The translations under genes were made by a program, and so were the position numbers. Below the pieces are notes generated by a model. It ran no database searches, had not been told where the DNA came from, and saw only the letters and a list, made by a program, of their open reading frames with translations. This document shows, in pieces, positions 1 to 10,362 of a stretch of DNA of 64,000 bases. The number at the start of each line of letters is the position of its first letter. Positions within the stretch are counted from its first letter, which is position 1. Location of the stretch: positions 248,001 to 312,000 of IMG/VR virus record IMGVR_UViG_3300044796_000662. One strand, written 5' to 3'.

Positions 1-420
1 ACGGTTCGCACTGTAAGGCACCCCGACCACTCGCACGCGCATCCCGCCGTCCTCGAAGACCGTGCTCCGCAAGTGCCGAAAGACCCCCGTCTCGTAGAGA
101 ACACCCAGAGGTTGACCGGCCACGCTGTCGAGTCGGTTGTAGGCGATGTCGTGGTTGCCCTCGACGCAATACGTGGGCACCCCATACGTGTTGTGCACGC
201 TAGCCGTTTCCACAACGATCGCGTGGGGGTTGCGACTGGCAGCCTTGATGTGGAAGTAGTCGCCCCCATCGAGGACGGCCTTGACCTCATGCTCCTTGGA
301 GAAAGCCCCGATCTGCCGGAGGTTGGACCAGATCTCCGCGGGGTAGTCCGCCTTCCAGGAGGAAGGGCTACGGTCGCAGAGATGGGTGTCTGTCCGGTAG
401 AGCAGAGAGACGCGCGGCAT
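1..420 (-). CDS. Mre11/SbcD-like metallophosphoesterase (runs off window edge)
   Basis: Hand translation from ATG at 420: MPRVSLLYRTDTHL...GGDYFH...EGNHD, with DxH, GD and GNHD motifs; directly downstream of the SbcC-like gene. Confidence 0.85.
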   Translation of the reverse strand, partial: MPRVSLLYRTDTHLCDRSPSSWKADYPAEIWSNLRQIGAFSKEHEVKAVLDGGDYFHIKAASRNPHAIVVETASVHNTYGVPTYCVEGNHDIAYNRLDSVAGQPLGVLYETGVFRHLRSTVFEDGGMRVRVVGVPYSANR

Positions 421-421
421 A

Positions 422-1666
422 TCAGGCCAGCTTCCTCTCCTCGTGGCTGTGCCCGATCTTGACGGGCTGTGCGCACGAAGGACAGAAAGGCAGGGACTTG
501 ATCTCTCCTACCAGTACCTTCTCGTCAGCGAGAGTCTTGTCGTAGTTGTTCTCCAGGTTCGAGATGGTCTCTTCGAGCGAGGCCATTCTCGACGCGAACG
601 ACGAGAGCTGGAGGAGTCGATCCCTGGCCACCTTGAGGCCCGTGGGGTCCGGCGTCGTGACGTTCTCGACCCCCTTGAACTTGACCCACTGATCCTGCAA
701 GCTCTGGAGCTTGTTCGTCCAGGTCGAGAGCTTCTCGAACTTGTCCGCGGCAGCGACGACAGGAGCGGCGATCGGCGTCGGGATGGTCTCGACACCCATG
801 AGCGACTTCACAGCCGTCGCGCGATCGATCACATCGGACTGGTAGCGGGAGAGCTTCTCGAACTCACTGCGCTTGGCCAGCACTGCGTCGATGGTGGGGA
901 CTGGCGTTTCGACAGCCTTCTTCAGGGTATCGACGCGGAAGCCGATCGCTCGCAGTTCCTCGATGTAGGAGTCGAGAGACTCGACTGCCTCCTGAACGAC
1001 GGTGATCTGCCCGAGCTTCTTCTCGACCGCGACGACTCCCGCCACGGCCTCGTCGAGGCCCTCGTACTCGTTGATCTGATGCGTTAGCTCGGTCATGTCC
1101 TTCTCCCGGACCTTCCTTGTGGAGACGGCCTCTTTGCGGTCCTTCTCGACGAACCTCATCGCGACGTTGATGCGGTCAAGATGGGCAACGTCGGAGAACA
1201 CGTCAGCGACAACTCCGCCCGACTGGTCGAGCAAGAAGATGTTGTCGAACTGGTCAGCGATCTGGAGCAGCTTGGCGTTGGGCCCGATCTGCACCATCCC
1301 GAAGTCCTTGGCGAGCTTGGGCCTCTCCAAGAAGTCCGGGGTCCCTCTGTTGGGGACCCCGTAGTCCTGACCGTTGAACGTGTAGCTGTTGCGCTTGTCC
1401 CCCTTCTCCCACTTGAGGTCGAAGCCCTCCGTGCGGAGGTGCACCGAGCAGTAGCATTCGCAGGTCTTGGACCCGCGCAGACGCCTATGACAGGCGACAC
1501 CATGACGGACGAACGAGGTCCCAGTCGCGCCCGTGAGGGCCGCGCGAACGGCCCTCACGATGGCGCTCTTGCCGATGTCGGACTTCCCGACGAGGGCGGT
1601 GAACCCGTCGATGTTGATCGAGACGTGCTCGATCGATTGGAAGTTCCGGACCTCTACGTCGATCAT
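422..1666 (-). CDS. SbcC/Rad50-like ATPase (N-terminal Walker A, coiled coil, CxxC hook)
   Basis: VRNFQSI...GKSDIGKS, coiled coil, terminal CPSC. Confidence 0.8.
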   Translation of the reverse strand: MIDVEVRNFQSIEHVSINIDGFTALVGKSDIGKSAIVRAVRAALTGATGTSFVRHGVACHRRLRGSKTCECYCSVHLRTEGFDLKWEKGDKRNSYTFNGQDYGVPNRGTPDFLERPKLAKDFGMVQIGPNAKLLQIADQFDNIFLLDQSGGVVADVFSDVAHLDRINVAMRFVEKDRKEAVSTRKVREKDMTELTHQINEYEGLDEAVAGVVAVEKKLGQITVVQEAVESLDSYIEELRAIGFRVDTLKKAVETPVPTIDAVLAKRSEFEKLSRYQSDVIDRATAVKSLMGVETIPTPIAAPVVAAADKFEKLSTWTNKLQSLQDQWVKFKGVENVTTPDPTGLKVARDRLLQLSSFASRMASLEETISNLENNYDKTLADEKVLVGEIKSLPFCPSCAQPVKIGHSHEERKLA

Positions 1667-1668
1667 GA

Positions 1669-3051
1669 TCAGGACTCGCCGGTTCCGCCGTCGATGTCCT
1701 CCGAACCGGGCACCTCATCGTCGCTGTCGAAGGCAGCGTCGTCGCCGAGGTCGGACTCGATCTCCGCGATGAGGGCGTCGTCCTCGCTCTGCTGCTCGGC
1801 AGGGTTGACCGCGGTCGCCGTCGAGAACATGGCCGCCGTGACCTTCGCTTGCAGCTCGGCCAGCAGCTTGGGGTTCTCCGTGAGAACCTTCTGGAAGGTC
1901 TCCTGACCGTGGTAGCGCTGACCGTCGTAGATCAACCAGCCAGCGGCCTCCTTCTTGATCTGCTTGAACCGGATGCCGTTCTCGATGATCGAGTACGTGT
2001 CATCGAGCCCCTGACCGAAGCGAATGAAGATGACCCCCTCCTGGCCCTGCTTCAGGTCGATCTTGGTCTTGACGATCTTGACCTTCGTCACGTTGCCGTA
2101 GGGCAAGCTGATGTCCTTGCCCGTGAGCGCGTCCTTCTTCTTGATGACCTTGCTCATGATGCGGGTCATCCGAAGACGCAGAGACGAGTAGAACTTGAGA
2201 GCCTTGCCGCCCGGCGTCTGATCCTCGTCGCTGGCCCCGTACCCCCCGCCGCCCGTGGAGATCTTGGCGCGCGTCTGGTTGATGAAGATGACCGCCGTCC
2301 CCTTCTTGGGGTTCTTCTCGGGGTCAGGATACTTCGCGAGCCAGATGACGAGCTTCTTGAGGTTGCGCGTCAGCGGTCCCGCGACCGATCCGATGCGCTC
2401 CGCGTCGCCCGCATCCTTCTCCAGTTCGTCCTTGGGCACCATCGAGGCGACGGAGTCCACGACGATGAGGTCCACGCCAGCGCGGATGAGGAGGTAGATG
2501 GCCGTCATGCCCTGTTCGAGGGTGTCCGGCTTGAGGTAGAGAAGCTTCTCCTCGGCGAAGCTCATGCCGCACGCCTTCGCGTACCCGTCGTGAAGTGAGT
2601 GCTCGAAGTCGAGGAACGCGGCCACGCCTCCGGCCTTCTGGCACTGGACGACCGCCGAGATGGCCAGCGTGGTCTTGCCGCACGACTCTGCGCCGTACAG
2701 CTCGATGATGCGCCGACGCGGGTAACCCGGGCAGACTGCGCCCTTGCCATCCGAGGCGGGCGAGCCGCCCATAAGGTTGTTGAGGACGATGGACCCGCTG
2801 GGGATGTGCGCCATCGTCGTGAAGCTCGGCTTCACGGTTTCCAGGCCACCTGCGTGCTTCTTGAGCAGCGCGCGAGCTACGGAGGCGATGGACTGACCCT
2901 TCTTCGGGGCCTCGTCCTTCTCAGGAGCCTTCTTCTTCGGGGTCTCCTTGGGCTCCTCCTTGGCTTCGGCCTTGGTCTCCTTGGGCGGCTCGGGCGGCGG
3001 TGCCTTGTTGTCCTTCTTGCTCATGGTCTCGCTCATGGTGGGGGTCGTCAT
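1669..3051 (-). CDS. recA: RecA recombinase
   Basis: IIELYGAESCGKTT, FLDFEH, VVDSVA, FINQ, PGGKALKFYSS. Confidence 0.93.
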   Translation of the reverse strand: MTTPTMSETMSKKDNKAPPPEPPKETKAEAKEEPKETPKKKAPEKDEAPKKGQSIASVARALLKKHAGGLETVKPSFTTMAHIPSGSIVLNNLMGGSPASDGKGAVCPGYPRRRIIELYGAESCGKTTLAISAVVQCQKAGGVAAFLDFEHSLHDGYAKACGMSFAEEKLLYLKPDTLEQGMTAIYLLIRAGVDLIVVDSVASMVPKDELEKDAGDAERIGSVAGPLTRNLKKLVIWLAKYPDPEKNPKKGTAVIFINQTRAKISTGGGGYGASDEDQTPGGKALKFYSSLRLRMTRIMSKVIKKKDALTGKDISLPYGNVTKVKIVKTKIDLKQGQEGVIFIRFGQGLDDTYSIIENGIRFKQIKKEAAGWLIYDGQRYHGQETFQKVLTENPKLLAELQAKVTAAMFSTATAVNPAEQQSEDDALIAEIESDLGDDAAFDSDDEVPGSEDIDGGTGES

Positions 3052-3703
3052 TGGGGTCTTGCTCCACTAGGGAAAATCGGAAGAAGCGGTCATCCTCTCG
3101 AAACACTGTCCCACTCTTCACCGTCTGACCGGCGCGCTTGCCCTTCACGTACGTGTGCGTACGGAGGAACGTGTGCTTCTCGGAGGGAACAAGATCGGCC
3201 TCGGTGAGCAGACCCTTGTCCAGCTCCCAGAAGCGCGCGGCGAAGCGGGCGACGTGATACGCGTCTGCCTCGTTGTGGTTGAAACGTCCCTTGATGCCCG
3301 TGTCTGCGCGTGCCGCTTCCACCATGTCGCTCTTGCGCATCTCGCCCTTGCGGACGCTGGGGTCGAGCTTCGTCAGCGACTTGACCGTGGAGGGGTCGAA
3401 GTAGACGACGTCCTTGCGGTGCTGGAAGACGGCTTCGTTGACCATCACAAAAAGCGCATACGCTCCCGGTGAGAAGGTCGCACCGAAGATCGGGGATTCG
3501 ACGCCCACCGCTTCGATCTGGGGGTACGTGTCTAGCAACCTGTTGACCAGGCTGCGCAACGACATGTACCGCGTGACGAAGACCTCTTTCGTCGTGGTCT
3601 TCTGCACGCCACGTGCGATGACCCTCGCGGTTCCGAACTGCGAGGAGTCATGCACGCACCAGCCGAAGCCAGTGAGCGACGGGTCAAGTCCGAGGGTAAT
3701 CAT
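2921..3703 (-). CDS. RuvC-like Holliday junction resolvase
   Basis: MITLGLDPSLTGFGW, VGVES, HNEADA; start set at ATG 3703; 3' end overlaps the start of recA. Confidence 0.8.
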   Translation of the reverse strand: MITLGLDPSLTGFGWCVHDSSQFGTARVIARGVQKTTTKEVFVTRYMSLRSLVNRLLDTYPQIEAVGVESPIFGATFSPGAYALFVMVNEAVFQHRKDVVYFDPSTVKSLTKLDPSVRKGEMRKSDMVEAARADTGIKGRFNHNEADAYHVARFAARFWELDKGLLTEADLVPSEKHTFLRTHTYVKGKRAGQTVKSGTVFREDDRFFRFSLVEQDPNDDPHHERDHEQEGQQGTAARAAQGDQGRSQGGAQGDPEEEGS

Positions 3704-3753
3704 GGGCGAGAGTAGAGAGAGCCTTGCGGCCCCCTCTACACCCGACCTCCCGC

Positions 3754-4620
3754 TCAGACGTTGTCGAGCAGCTCCGTGAAGTCGCCGCCTGCGGCCACGT
3801 CCGAAACGGCACTGCCGCCGGCCGAGCCGAGACCGAGCTTCTCGCGAAGCGTCGGGGTGCTCATCTCGCGGAACGGCACGAGCTTGTCGTAGAAGCCGAC
3901 CGCCTTCTCCAGGACGACCTGCTTGAACTTGTCGCTCTTGAGCCACGTCGCCGGACCGTCTGCGGCCGGCTCGATCTGCTGGTACTTCTCGTCCTTGCAC
4001 TCCAGGAGGAGATCCTGGTTGGCGATGCCGGCGCCGTTGCGCACGAGGCCCATGTTGACCTTCCAGATCAGGTCGTAGCGCTTCGAGCTGAAGCGCCAGG
4101 GCATGATGCGCCAGTTGGCGAAGTTCGCCTTGTCGATCTCACCCTTGCGGTTGGTCGGGTAGATGATCAGGAGCGTCGAGAAGTACGTCTTCGGCGCTTC
4201 CAGCTTCTTCCAGACCTCGTCCTCCTCTGCCGTGCCCTTGCCGAGCCGGGAGAGAACGAAGCCCAGTCCGTCGCCACCGTAGTGAGCGCTGAACTTTTTG
4301 AAGCGGACCTCGGTCAGGTCCAGCTTGTCCACCTGCGTGAGCTGATCGACCGTCTTGCCGAGGGCCGCCGCGCGATCCGCGAGGGCCTTGGCAGCGATCT
4401 TCGCTCGCTCTTCTGCGGGCATGCTCGGGCTCTTCTTCCGAGCCTTCGCGACGGTCGCCACATCCACCGGGTGGAAGTAGATGATGCTGGCGCGGTCCGT
4501 CTTGCCCTTCTGTCCCTTGTACCACTCGATGTCGGAGTCGGACTTTGCCGCCTTCCGGTCTTCCTCATCGAGGCCAAGGTCGCTCTCGTACTCCGAATCC
4601 ATCTCTTCTGTGCTCATCAC
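3754..4620 (-). CDS. Putative single-stranded DNA-binding protein (gp32-like)
   Basis: Recombination context, aromatic/basic core, Gly/Ser linker and acidic tail DFTELLDNV. Confidence 0.5.
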   Translation of the reverse strand: MMSTEEMDSEYESDLGLDEEDRKAAKSDSDIEWYKGQKGKTDRASIIYFHPVDVATVAKARKKSPSMPAEERAKIAAKALADRAAALGKTVDQLTQVDKLDLTEVRFKKFSAHYGGDGLGFVLSRLGKGTAEEDEVWKKLEAPKTYFSTLLIIYPTNRKGEIDKANFANWRIMPWRFSSKRYDLIWKVNMGLVRNGAGIANQDLLLECKDEKYQQIEPAADGPATWLKSDKFKQVVLEKAVGFYDKLVPFREMSTPTLREKLGLGSAGGSAVSDVAAGGDFTELLDNV

Positions 4621-4760
4621 TGTTCTCCGTTGTGGGAAACCCCGAGGCCGACAAGATGCCGATTAGGCTGGGTGGCTCAGAGTGACCAGTTGCGTTGCGG
4701 GGACGTCTGACACGTCAGAACGTCCGGTGGTGTGTCTCTACACCGCTAAGAAGGGCCCAA

Positions 4761-5603
4761 TCACAGATTATCGAAGAGGTCTGTGAAATCGTTGTCCGCG
4801 ACTGCGGACTGCATGGGCATAGCGGGCACGGAGACGGTCACCACGGGCGCGGGCGCACTGGGCTCTTCTGCTGGAACTGCAAGAAAGTCTCTGATTTCAT
4901 CCTCTTCCGAAGCCGGCTCTTTGGGCCCAGCGACGGGGGTAGCAGGAGCAGCCTTCACGGGCTCAGCCTTCTCGATGACGGGCTCCTCCGGAGCACCGTT
5001 CGCCTCCAACATCTTCTCGATGTCGTCCTCGTCGATGCCTTCCGGTCTCGCGTGAACCCCCGGGGTAAACGCAGCCTGCATCGCATCTGCACCGCCACCC
5101 ATGGCGGTCGGCCGCTCGTCGCCGTACATGGCGCCGGTCTCGTGTTCATCGCGAATCAGGCCGCGCTGCGTTTGGATCTCGCGCATCGTGTCCTTCAGCT
5201 CGCGGTGCCGCAGCTTCACGAAGTCCTCGACGTGCTCCAGATCGAGCGCGTCGTTCTTGAGGTTCATGATCTCGCGGTGCTCGTCCTTGAGGATGATGTT
5301 GATCTGCGACTCCCGGTCCTTGATGTTCGGGAGATTGCGGACGATGGGGTTCGTGGCCAAAAGACCGTCAGCCGCGATCTTGAAGGCCGTCTCCTTGCGA
5401 CGCAGCTCGAAGTCGATCTCCATCTTGGATCGCCGCACTTCGTTCAAGAGGAGCACCACTTGATTCGTGTGATTGCGGCACGTGGCGATCATGTCCTGAA
5501 GGTACTTGGGGCCCAACACAGTCGGGTCGTTGGCCAGACGGATCTGGTACTTGTCACACTCCGACATGACCCACTGCATACGGTCGTTCGTCATCCTGGC
5601 CAT
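4761..5603 (-). CDS. Hypothetical coiled-coil protein with acidic tail (possible recombination mediator)
   Basis: Helical N-half, Pro/Ala/Glu linker, tail DFTDLFDNL. Confidence 0.6.
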   Translation of the reverse strand: MARMTNDRMQWVMSECDKYQIRLANDPTVLGPKYLQDMIATCRNHTNQVVLLLNEVRRSKMEIDFELRRKETAFKIAADGLLATNPIVRNLPNIKDRESQINIILKDEHREIMNLKNDALDLEHVEDFVKLRHRELKDTMREIQTQRGLIRDEHETGAMYGDERPTAMGGGADAMQAAFTPGVHARPEGIDEDDIEKMLEANGAPEEPVIEKAEPVKAAPATPVAGPKEPASEEDEIRDFLAVPAEEPSAPAPVVTVSVPAMPMQSAVADNDFTDLFDNL

Positions 5604-5605
5604 CT

Positions 5606-5968
5606 TCAGGCTCCGTTCTTCAAGTGCTTGGCGATCTGCGCGTCGTAGCGGGCGAGGATCCCGAGCGCCTCTTCCTTGGCCTCCGCGGGCGGCAAGATGA
5701 GGCGCTTGACGGCGTCATCGTACGTTGCGGCAACCACATGCTTGCAAAGCAAGCAACGCACGATCTTGAGGTCGTCGATCCCCCAGGAGGCGCCCTCGCC
5801 CACCTGGGATGAACCGTCGTCCCGCGACGCCGTGACAGAGTAGAACGCCGACCGCTTGCCTGCTTCGACGCTGCACGAGACCGTGATGCGGTCGTGGCGG
5901 ATCTCAGTGGTCAGCTTTGACAGGCGTGCTCTCTGGTCGTCCGTCAGCTCCTCGTGCAGGCTCGACAT
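5606..5968 (-). CDS. Hypothetical protein
   Basis: 120 aa ORF, GGTGTA motif 10 nt upstream. Confidence 0.65.
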   Translation of the reverse strand: MSSLHEELTDDQRARLSKLTTEIRHDRITVSCSVEAGKRSAFYSVTASRDDGSSQVGEGASWGIDDLKIVRCLLCKHVVAATYDDAVKRLILPPAEAKEEALGILARYDAQIAKHLKNGA

Positions 5969-8177
5969 GTGCTCTCTCTACACCAGCACGAGCTGCCACC
6001 GCCTCGTTGACTGCTCGGGCGAAGACCGTGTTCCTTTGGATCACACGGTCGTTGCCGATAGCCTTGTGAACTGCCGACTGATCACCGATGAGCCACACCT
6101 TCTTCTTCGCTCGGGTCACGGCCGTGTAGAAGAGGTTGCGCTGAAGCATCCGGCCCTGTGCGCGCACCACGGGCAGGACAACCGTATCGAACTCAGACCC
6201 CTGGGACTTGTGGACCGTGATGCAGTAGGCGAGCCTCAGCATCCCCAAAACCGACGTCTTCGGGATCTCCACCTGCATGTCCGGAGCGGTACCCACGCTG
6301 TGGATGCGGACTGTGAAGTTGTCGCGCCCGATGGTGATGAGTTTCCCCATGTCCCCGTTGGACACGTTCAAGCCGTAGTCGTTCTTGATGACCATGACAC
6401 GGTCACCCTCACGAAAGTGCAGGCTCCCGACCTTGTGCTCCTTCTGCCCGTTGTTCAGAGGGTTGAGCTGCTCGCGAATGGCTTGGTTGAGGTTGTGTAC
6501 CCCCACCGGCCCCTCGTACTTGGGGGATAGCACCTGGAAATTCGCGTCCCGGGACTTGAGCTTGACCGCCATCTGGACGATGAGGTCCACGATGCGATCC
6601 TCGTCCTGTAGGTTGACGAACTGGAACTCCTCGGTTGGCTGACGGCCTTCGAGCTGCGGAGCCTGGCCCTTGTTGATCTTGTGGGCCGCGATGACGATCG
6701 CGCTCTGCTGTGACTGCCGGAAGATGTGCGTCAGACGCACGTGCGGGATACTCGGACACGAGAGCAGCTCACGCAGAACGTTGCCGGGACCGACCGAAGG
6801 GAGCTGCGCGTCATCGCCGACGAGCACGAGCATCGTCTCTGGATGCAGCGCGTCGAGGATGCGATAGAAAAGCTCCTGGTCCACCATGGACATCTCGTCC
6901 ACGATGACCGCCCCGATGCCGAACTTGTTGCGGGAGTTGAACTCCCAGGCGGTGCCCGTCCAGCCGAACGTCCTGTGGATGGTCGATGCCGGCTCCCCAG
7001 TGACCGCTGCAAGGCGTTTGGCTGCGATGCCGGTAGGTGCCATCAAGAGACAGGAAACCCCCGTCTGCTTGAAGAGGCGGACGATGGCACGGATCAGGGT
7101 CGTCTTGCCGGTGCCAGGTAGCCCCGTCAGGGCAAGCACCCGGTTCTCCACGAGCTTGCGTACGGCCTCTCGTTGGGCTTCTGAGAGGTCGATGGTGTTG
7201 CCCTTCTGGTACTGCCCGAGGAACCCTTCCAGGTCGATGTCGAGCTTCGAGGGCGTCACGAACTCGGCCAGCTTACGAGCCCCCTCGCGCTCATACATGT
7301 AGAGGTCCGGCAGGTACACGCCGACCTCGGGATCCACCCGGACAGCCCCACTGTCCACGAGGCGGTTGACCGACGCCATGAGACGGTCATGTAGGTCGGC
7401 CCCCTCGAATCCCTCGGACAGGTCGTTGACGAGCAGGCCCTTGAGCAGATCGCCGAAGGCCCCACGCCGGACGGCCAGATGGCCTTGCTGCGCCTCGGAC
7501 TTGAGGATCCAGAAGACTGCCCCGTCCATCCTGCGAGGGTCGTCCCGACCGATGCCGATACGTGAGGCAAGCTTGTCCGCCTTCGAGAAGACGAACCCGT
7601 CCACGGCCACGAGGCGGTACGGGTTGTCAGAGATGAGCGAGACCGCTTCTGTGCCGAACTTCGTGAAGACGTTCCGAACAACGTCTTCCGAGAGGTCGTA
7701 GTCCTGAAGGAAGATGGACAAGTTGCTCAAGGCGCGAGCCTCAGCCCACCGCAGGAGTGCAGACTCCGCGAGCACCCGCCTGGCCTCAGGGACCACGGCC
7801 ATGACCTCCTCGGGGTTGTCCGTGAGCTTGTCGAAGGTCAGCGTCCCGAAAGCATCAACGATGGACTCGACGAGCTGCTTGTCCTCGAAGCCGGAGACGC
7901 ATTCGTTCAAGAAGCGCTGAACCCCAAAGTCGTGCGTTGCCCAGGGGAACCACCCGTAGAGCGAGAACTGGCGCCCGTACTTCGGATGCCGGATCCAGTC
8001 CCCCACGAACTGCACGGAGATACCCGTCCGGATCTGTTGCAGACCGTAGAGGTGGCCCGTCAACGTGACGGTCTTCTCGTGGACGTGGGGCTCGGCGTGA
8101 TCCACCTCGAAGGCGAAGACGAAGAAGTCGTTGCCCTGATGGATGACCCGCGAGACGTGGCCGAATACGCTCGCCAT
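5904..8177 (-). CDS. recD2: RecD2-like SF1B helicase
   Basis: HPKYGRQF, GLPGTGKT, APTGIAAKRL, VDEMSM, GDDAQLPSVGPG, TVHKSQGSE, YTAVTRAK. Confidence 0.92.
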   Translation of the reverse strand: MASVFGHVSRVIHQGNDFFVFAFEVDHAEPHVHEKTVTLTGHLYGLQQIRTGISVQFVGDWIRHPKYGRQFSLYGWFPWATHDFGVQRFLNECVSGFEDKQLVESIVDAFGTLTFDKLTDNPEEVMAVVPEARRVLAESALLRWAEARALSNLSIFLQDYDLSEDVVRNVFTKFGTEAVSLISDNPYRLVAVDGFVFSKADKLASRIGIGRDDPRRMDGAVFWILKSEAQQGHLAVRRGAFGDLLKGLLVNDLSEGFEGADLHDRLMASVNRLVDSGAVRVDPEVGVYLPDLYMYEREGARKLAEFVTPSKLDIDLEGFLGQYQKGNTIDLSEAQREAVRKLVENRVLALTGLPGTGKTTLIRAIVRLFKQTGVSCLLMAPTGIAAKRLAAVTGEPASTIHRTFGWTGTAWEFNSRNKFGIGAVIVDEMSMVDQELFYRILDALHPETMLVLVGDDAQLPSVGPGNVLRELLSCPSIPHVRLTHIFRQSQQSAIVIAAHKINKGQAPQLEGRQPTEEFQFVNLQDEDRIVDLIVQMAVKLKSRDANFQVLSPKYEGPVGVHNLNQAIREQLNPLNNGQKEHKVGSLHFREGDRVMVIKNDYGLNVSNGDMGKLITIGRDNFTVRIHSVGTAPDMQVEIPKTSVLGMLRLAYCITVHKSQGSEFDTVVLPVVRAQGRMLQRNLFYTAVTRAKKKVWLIGDQSAVHKAIGNDRVIQRNTVFARAVNEAVAARAGVERAHVEPARGADGRPESTPVKADH

Positions 8178-8178
8178 A

Positions 8179-10068
8179 TCAGCCCGCCGCCATCTTGACG
8201 AAGTCGCTCTCCGAGATGGTCACCGTGCCGTGCTTCTTGGCTGCCTGCGCTTTCGTGCTCGCGGAGTTGGGATCGGCCATGACCAGATACGTGAGCCCCG
8301 CGCCCACGGAGCCCTTCACGGTCCCGCCGGCGTTGCGGACCATGTCTTCCAGGTCCGCCCTCTTGTGCTCGGACTTGCCCGTGAAGCAGAAGCTCTTGCC
8401 AGTCAGGCCACCCCTCACACGGTCCTTGAGCTTGAGCCCCGTCGAGAGGGTGTCCTTGACGACGTCCTTGCCGTGGGTCGAGAACCAATCGGAGAGCGTC
8501 TTCGATCGAACCGGCCCGAGGCCCTTGATGGCCATGAGTTGCTCAGTGCGAACGGCCAGGAGCTTCTCCACCGTATCGTAGCCGGCATCGACGATGAGCC
8601 GGATCATGGACTCCCCGCAACCCGGAATGGATAGCGCTCCGAAGAACGACTCGATCGGCAAGGGGTTCTTGGCCCAGAGCGTCTTCAGGAGGTTCTGCGC
8701 AGACTTCTCCCCCATGCGGTCGATGTCCGCGAGGTTGAGCTTCTCCAGCCTGTAGAGGTCCGCCACGTTCTTGACCATCCCTGCGGCCACGAGGCGCTCC
8801 ATGACCGCCTCGCCCCATTCGAGGATGTTGAGGGATTTGACGTACCGGATCAGACGGCCAAGCGTCTGCGCGGGACAATCGGCGGTGTCCGTGCAGACGA
8901 GGTACTCGCCGTCCCAATCGGTGGGCGCTCCGCACGACGGGCACTTCGAGGGTGGCTCTGCGACCGAGCCAGTTCCTTCCACGACTTCCGTGACCCTCGG
9001 GATCACGTCGTTGGCCCGTGCTACGAGGATGCGGGCTCCGACGTTGAGCTTGAGGTCCCGAATGTACTTCCAGTTGTACAGGCTCGCCCGCGTGACCTTC
9101 GTACCGAGGAGGTTCACCTCGTCGAAGATGGCCACGGGAGTGATGTGCCCAGCGCCGCCAGTCTGATTGTCGATCTGGCGAAGGGTAGACTCCCTAGAAG
9201 GAGCTGCGAACTTGAAGGCCCGTGCGCCGTTGGGGCAACCACTGCTCTCGCCCATGGCCTCCTGCTTGGCCACGTCGTTGATCTCGACCACCAGACCGTC
9301 GATCGCGTAGTCCAGCTTGTCGCGGGTGGTCTTCTGATACTCCTCCCAGATGGGCTCGGGATCGAGAGTCACGGAGCTGTTGGGTGTCTTGAACCCCAGC
9401 TTGCGGATCCAGGAAAGCTGCGCGCTCCGCGTCGGCAGGTTGTCCGCCCCCTCTGCGACCCGGTAGACGAGCACCGTCAGATGCTCGCTGCCCGTGCCAT
9501 CCAGACGGCTTGCGATACCGCTCGCCGTGTTGCGAGGGTTCGCGTATTCGGGGAAGTTCTTGGCGAGGGAGCTGAGGGTGCAGATGATCTCCCCTCGGAA
9601 CTGAGCCGTGATGTCCTTGGGAAGCTTTGCCGGCACGCCTGCCATCTTGGCGACGTTGCGGGTGATGTCCTCACCCTCCTGGCCATCACCGCGGGTGACA
9701 CCCTGAGTGAAGACCCCGTTCTCGTAGCGCAGGGCAACCGAGATACCGTCGAGTTTCTCGGTCACGAACAGCTCGCCCGTGTTGTTGTCCTTGATCCACT
9801 TGGCCATCTCGAAGGGGAAGTTGACCTTGTCCAGAGACCCCATGGGGATCTCGTGGGCGACTTTCTTCCACTCGGACTTGACCGCCGCACCTACGCCCGT
9901 GACCTGGGGGCTCTTGGGGCGTAGGCCGCGCAGCTCGTCTACCCACGCGTCGAAGGTCGCATCCGAGACCTTCGGCTTGTGCTTGACGTAGTAGTCCTCC
10001 CGGGCAGCGGAGATGAGCTTCTCCAACTCATCGGCCCTGGCCTCGTCCAGATCTTCGGGGTCGAGCAT
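8179..10068 (-). CDS. ligA: NAD-dependent DNA ligase
   Basis: EKLDG, TRGDG, RGE, NPRN, Zn finger, HhH, C-terminal BRCT (GKSFCFTG). Confidence 0.95.
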   Translation of the reverse strand: MLDPEDLDEARADELEKLISAAREDYYVKHKPKVSDATFDAWVDELRGLRPKSPQVTGVGAAVKSEWKKVAHEIPMGSLDKVNFPFEMAKWIKDNNTGELFVTEKLDGISVALRYENGVFTQGVTRGDGQEGEDITRNVAKMAGVPAKLPKDITAQFRGEIICTLSSLAKNFPEYANPRNTASGIASRLDGTGSEHLTVLVYRVAEGADNLPTRSAQLSWIRKLGFKTPNSSVTLDPEPIWEEYQKTTRDKLDYAIDGLVVEINDVAKQEAMGESSGCPNGARAFKFAAPSRESTLRQIDNQTGGAGHITPVAIFDEVNLLGTKVTRASLYNWKYIRDLKLNVGARILVARANDVIPRVTEVVEGTGSVAEPPSKCPSCGAPTDWDGEYLVCTDTADCPAQTLGRLIRYVKSLNILEWGEAVMERLVAAGMVKNVADLYRLEKLNLADIDRMGEKSAQNLLKTLWAKNPLPIESFFGALSIPGCGESMIRLIVDAGYDTVEKLLAVRTEQLMAIKGLGPVRSKTLSDWFSTHGKDVVKDTLSTGLKLKDRVRGGLTGKSFCFTGKSEHKRADLEDMVRNAGGTVKGSVGAGLTYLVMADPNSASTKAQAAKKHGTVTISESDFVKMAAG

Positions 10069-10091
10069 GGCCGACCCCTACACCGAAAGTG

Positions 10092-10358
10092 CTAGGAACT
10101 AGCCTTCGGTCCACCGATTCCATCGGCGATCTGGACGTCCCCCACGAGAGCTGTGAGACGGTTGATCGTCTCCATCGTGGCGAGTGTGAGACGGACCTCG
10201 TGACCCTCGTACTGGTGCAATACCTGTTCGAGAGGGAAGTAGGCCGGCGTCCCGTCGTCTTGCACCACCCGAAGGACCCAGGCCCCTCCTGTTGGGTGGC
10301 GCTCGACGACGCCGGTCACGAGGTAGCCGAGATCTCCCAGTTCTGATTCTGTGGCCAT
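10092..10358 (-). CDS. Hypothetical protein
   Basis: ORF between nrdJ and ligA, ATG at 10358. Confidence 0.6.
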   Translation of the reverse strand: MATESELGDLGYLVTGVVERHPTGGAWVLRVVQDDGTPAYFPLEQVLHQYEGHEVRLTLATMETINRLTALVGDVQIADGIGGPKASS

Positions 10359-10362
10359 GGAC

